A stretch of 28,679 nucleotides of DNA, taken from a virus (Duplodnaviria > Caudoviricetes). The position numbers were made by a program, and so were the translations under genes. The stretch lies in IMG/VR virus record IMGVR_UViG_3300016476_000374, positions 1-28,679 of that record; one strand, written 5' to 3'. Under the pieces are notes generated by a model. The model was given only the letters and a program-made list of their open reading frames with translations, searched no databases and was not told where the DNA came from. This document shows positions 25,602 to 28,679 of the stretch, one piece after another (the stretch's first letter is position 1; each line of letters begins with the position of its first letter).

Positions 25602-26426
25602 ATGTCAGAATCACGTGCTAAACTAGAACAGATTCTAGAACTCCTTCTTTCTGAGCAAAACGAGAAAGCCGAAGACATGCTACATGAATATGTAGTTGCT
25701 AAAGCCCGCGCTGAATATGAGCGTGTTCTTGATGAGTCAGAAGAAGGCGAAGACGAAGACAGCGAAGATGAAGAAGCTGTTGAAGAAACTATTGATCAAA
25801 GCAATGACTTTGAAAATGATATCCTTGCTGACGAAGACGAGATCGATGCTGATGAAGCAGGTCTAAGCGAAGAAGGCGAAGAAGACGAAGAAGACGAAGC
25901 AGGCGAAGATGAAGCTGGTGAAGATGAAGCTGGTGAAGACGAAGCTGGCGAAATGGCCGGCGAAGAAGAAGGCGACGAAGACCTAGAAGATAAAGTTGAC
26001 GACCTAGAAGCCGAACTAGAAGACCTACGTGCAGAATTCGAAAAGCTAATGGCTGGCGAAGAAGGCGAAGATGAACATGGTGACATGGGCATGGACGACG
26101 CTGAAATGGCAGACATGGAAGCTGGCGATGAAGACATGATGGATTCAGTTGAATACGACCTAGACGAAGAAGTTGATGAAGACAGCGAAGTTGTTGAAGA
26201 AGCTACAAAGCTACAAGACAAGGTTGCTGCTCCTAAGGCTCCAGTAGTTGATGCTTCAAACCAAACATCACCAGTAGCCAAGCACAAGGCAGGTTGGGAA
26301 ACCGGCGCTCCTGTAAAGGCTAAGGATGGTAGCGAAGGCAACAAAGGCGCTAACAACGCAAAAGATCACACACCTACAAGCAACATTGGCATTAAGCCAG
26401 CCAAGGTAAACGTACCTAAGGCATAA
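25602..26426 (+). CDS. Highly acidic putative prohead core protein
   Basis: Asp/Glu-rich 274 aa with basic C-terminus, strong AGGAGG SD, between portal and protease. Confidence 0.7.
   Translation: MSESRAKLEQILELLLSEQNEKAEDMLHEYVVAKARAEYERVLDESEEGEDEDSEDEEAVEETIDQSNDFENDILADEDEIDADEAGLSEEGEEDEEDEAGEDEAGEDEAGEDEAGEMAGEEEGDEDLEDKVDDLEAELEDLRAEFEKLMAGEEGEDEHGDMGMDDAEMADMEAGDEDMMDSVEYDLDEEVDEDSEVVEEATKLQDKVAAPKAPVVDASNQTSPVAKHKAGWETGAPVKAKDGSEGNKGANNAKDHTPTSNIGIKPAKVNVPKA
25890..25949 (+). repeat. 15-bp in-frame tandem repeat, four copies (EDEAG)
   Basis: GAAGAYGAAGCWGGY four times. Confidence 0.9.
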
Positions 26427-26444
26427 TTGTAGGAGTAGCTAACA

Positions 26445-27071
26445 ATGGCACGCAAACTTTACGAATACATGGCCGCAGACCACGCTGGTCTAAAGCTAAT
26501 GGAATCCGAAGATGGTAAAGACCTGTTTATGGCAGGTCTTTTCATCCAGGGTGACGTACAGAACCAAAACGGTCGTGTATATCCAAAGACTGAAATCCAG
26601 CGTGCTGTTGAAAGCGTAAGAAATAGATTAAGCAAGGGCGAAACTGTGTTGGGCGAATTAGACCATCCAGAAGAGCTCCAAATCAATCTAGACCGTGTAA
26701 GTCATATCATTACTGATATGCACTGTGACGGGTCAAACGGTATGGGTAAATTAAAAATCATAGATACCCCTATGGGAAATATTGCGAGAGCTTTATTAAA
26801 GGCAGGAGCAAAACTGGGCGTTAGTAGTCGTGGTAGTGGTAATGTTAATGAATCAGGTCGTGTATCTGACTTTGACATTGTTACTGTTGACATTGTGGCC
26901 CAGCCCAGTGCGCCAGATGCATATCCAAAGACAATCTATGAAAGTTTATTCAACATGAGAGGCGGCGAAGCTATTCACAGAGTAGCGTATGCTGTCACAC
27001 ACGATAAAAGTGCAGAAAAGCATTTGATGAAAGCTATCACTGGCTTAATTCAAGAACTTAAACTAAGGTAA
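26445..27071 (+). CDS. Prohead protease, T4 gp21-like
   Basis: NQNGRVYP, GELDHP, LGVSSRGSG, DIVAQPSAPDAY motifs. Confidence 0.95.
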   Translation: MARKLYEYMAADHAGLKLMESEDGKDLFMAGLFIQGDVQNQNGRVYPKTEIQRAVESVRNRLSKGETVLGELDHPEELQINLDRVSHIITDMHCDGSNGMGKLKIIDTPMGNIARALLKAGAKLGVSSRGSGNVNESGRVSDFDIVTVDIVAQPSAPDAYPKTIYESLFNMRGGEAIHRVAYAVTHDKSAEKHLMKAITGLIQELKLR

Positions 27072-27086
27072 AGTAGGAGACCTACT

Positions 27087-28202
27087 ATGGCAGTGACATT
27101 TAACGAACTACTTGAAGGTGCTGGGCTATCGGAAGAAGCTCGTTCAACCATTCAAGAAGCCTGGGAGTCACGCCTTGCCGAAGCTAGAGAAGAACTAACA
27201 GCAGAACTTCGTGAAGAATTTGCACAGCGTTACGAGCATGACAAGAGTCAGATCGTTGAAGCTGTTGACAACTTCATCACATCAAAGGTTGAAGCTGAAG
27301 TTGCAGAACTAGCAGAGGACAAGAAGGCGCTCGCAGAAGAACGAGTTAAGTATCGCAAGGCCGTACGTGAACACGCAAAACTACTTGACAGCTTTGTAAC
27401 CAAGATGGTTGCTAAAGAAGTTAAGGAATTACGTGCAGACCGTAGTCGTGTAGCTGAACATGTTGCAAAGCTAGACAGCTTTGTTACAGAACAGCTAGCA
27501 GAAGAACTCAAAGAGTTCCACGAAGACAAGAAAGCACTTGTTGAGCAGAAGGTCAAAATGGTACGCGAAGGCAAGCGTCAGCTTGTTGAAGCAAAGAAAG
27601 ACTTCATTCGTAAGGCTGCTGACACAGTCGAGAAAACAATTAATAAGGTTATCAGCGAAGAAGTCAAAACATTCCGTGATGACATCACAGCGGCTCGCGA
27701 GAACGATTTTGGACGTAGAATTTTTGAAGCATTTGCAAGTGAATTTGGTGCAAGCCACTTAAACGAAGCAAAGGAAATCAAGAAAGTTCAAAAGCAGTTA
27801 GCTGAAGTGGAAAAGAAACTTGCTGAATCTGTTGCACAGATTGCTGCCCGCGAGGAAGCAGTTAAGTTAACAGAAAGCAAACTACGTATTGCTGAGGACA
27901 AGTATGCTCGTAAAGAGAAACTAGAATCACTAATGCGCCCACTAGGCAAAGAGAAGAAAGAAATTATGCAGGACTTACTTGAGTCTGTAAAGACAGAGAA
28001 GCTAGAAGAAACCTTTAATAAGTATCTTCCAAGCGTACTTGACGGTGAAACACCAAGAGTAAGAAAAGCATTAAACGAATCAGTAGTTACTAAGGAACAT
28101 ACTGGTGACAAGAAGGCAACTGTTGTTTCAGCAGAAGCCGATGACAACGCGGATGTCGTTGAATTAGAACAAATCCGCAAACTAGCCGGACTTTCAAAAT
28201 AA
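27087..28202 (+). CDS. Prohead scaffolding protein, T4 gp22-like
   Basis: Glu/Lys/Ala-rich coiled-coil protein between protease and major capsid; AGGAG SD. Confidence 0.85.
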   Translation: MAVTFNELLEGAGLSEEARSTIQEAWESRLAEAREELTAELREEFAQRYEHDKSQIVEAVDNFITSKVEAEVAELAEDKKALAEERVKYRKAVREHAKLLDSFVTKMVAKEVKELRADRSRVAEHVAKLDSFVTEQLAEELKEFHEDKKALVEQKVKMVREGKRQLVEAKKDFIRKAADTVEKTINKVISEEVKTFRDDITAARENDFGRRIFEAFASEFGASHLNEAKEIKKVQKQLAEVEKKLAESVAQIAAREEAVKLTESKLRIAEDKYARKEKLESLMRPLGKEKKEIMQDLLESVKTEKLEETFNKYLPSVLDGETPRVRKALNESVVTKEHTGDKKATVVSAEADDNADVVELEQIRKLAGLSK

Positions 28203-28215
28203 TAGGAGTTAAGAG

Positions 28216-28679
28216 ATGGCAAATTTATTTGAAAGCAACTGGTCAGCTACTAAGGAAGCACTATTAGAAGGCTTAAGCGGTAATCGCAAGCAGTCTTTAA
28301 ATGTGGTCCTCGAAAATACTAAAAAATATTTGTCAGAGGCCGCAACAGCAGGTGCAACCGGAGCTGGTTCAGTAGCAACATTAAACAAGGTAATGTTACC
28401 TTTAATTCGTCGTGTAATGCCAAGCGTTATTGCGAACGAACTAGTTGGCGTTCAGCCAATGACTGGCCCAGTAGGCCAGATCCACACTCTTCGCGTTCGT
28501 TACGCTGAGACAGGTGGTGGTGCAACAGCTGGTGATGAGGCTCTAAGCCCATTCTTACTAGCTTCAACTTATGCAGGTTCACCTGATGCTACAGCAGCAG
28601 CAGAAGGTACACCAGGTCGTAAGATGAGCATCCAGATCCTCAAGGAAACAGTAGAAGCTAAGACAAGACGTCTAAGCGC
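28216..28679 (+). CDS. Major capsid protein, T4 gp23-like (5' part; absent from the ORF track)
   Basis: My translation: MANLFESNW...LPLIRRVMPSVIANELVGVQPMTGPVGQIHTLRVRY...MSIQILKETVEAKTRRLS; AGGAG SD. Confidence 0.96.
   Translation, partial: MANLFESNWSATKEALLEGLSGNRKQSLNVVLENTKKYLSEAATAGATGAGSVATLNKVMLPLIRRVMPSVIANELVGVQPMTGPVGQIHTLRVRYAETGGGATAGDEALSPFLLASTYAGSPDATAAAEGTPGRKMSIQILKETVEAKTRRLS

Noticed and set aside
25796-28222. Antisense ORFs such as 25796-26356, 27248-27574 and 27788-28222
   Set aside because: Ser-rich shadows of Glu/Asp-rich plus-strand head genes.
1-28679. Stop-codon reassignment, inteins or introns in core genes
   Set aside because: Core genes are full length in the standard code, all three stops are used, and no intein motifs or split frames were seen in gp46, portal or protease.

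Overview
This window is part of the genome of a large T4-related (jumbo-type) myophage, read in the standard genetic code. Left: a minus-strand baseplate module (gp48/54-like, gp53/LysM-like, hub with a C-terminal SleB-type hydrolase, gp5-like spike, gp25, enlarged gp6, start of the next gene). It is interrupted by a plus-strand cassette of four small ORFs with host sigma70-type promoters and a terminator. Middle: gp55-like late sigma factor, gp47/gp46 (Mre11/Rad50-like), a hypothetical gene, a short GIY-YIG nuclease, then a 540-bp non-coding region. That region holds short repeats, a GC-rich multi-stem RNA-like domain, an AT-rich tract and ssDNA-type hairpins with tandem G.A pairs, and is the best candidate for an undescribed system. 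Next come gp26 and a gp51-like frame, apparently joined by a -1 frameshift. Right: tape measure, portal (gp20), prohead core proteins, protease (gp21), scaffold (gp22) and the start of the major capsid gene (gp23). All calls rest on motif recognition by eye; no searches or folding programs were run.
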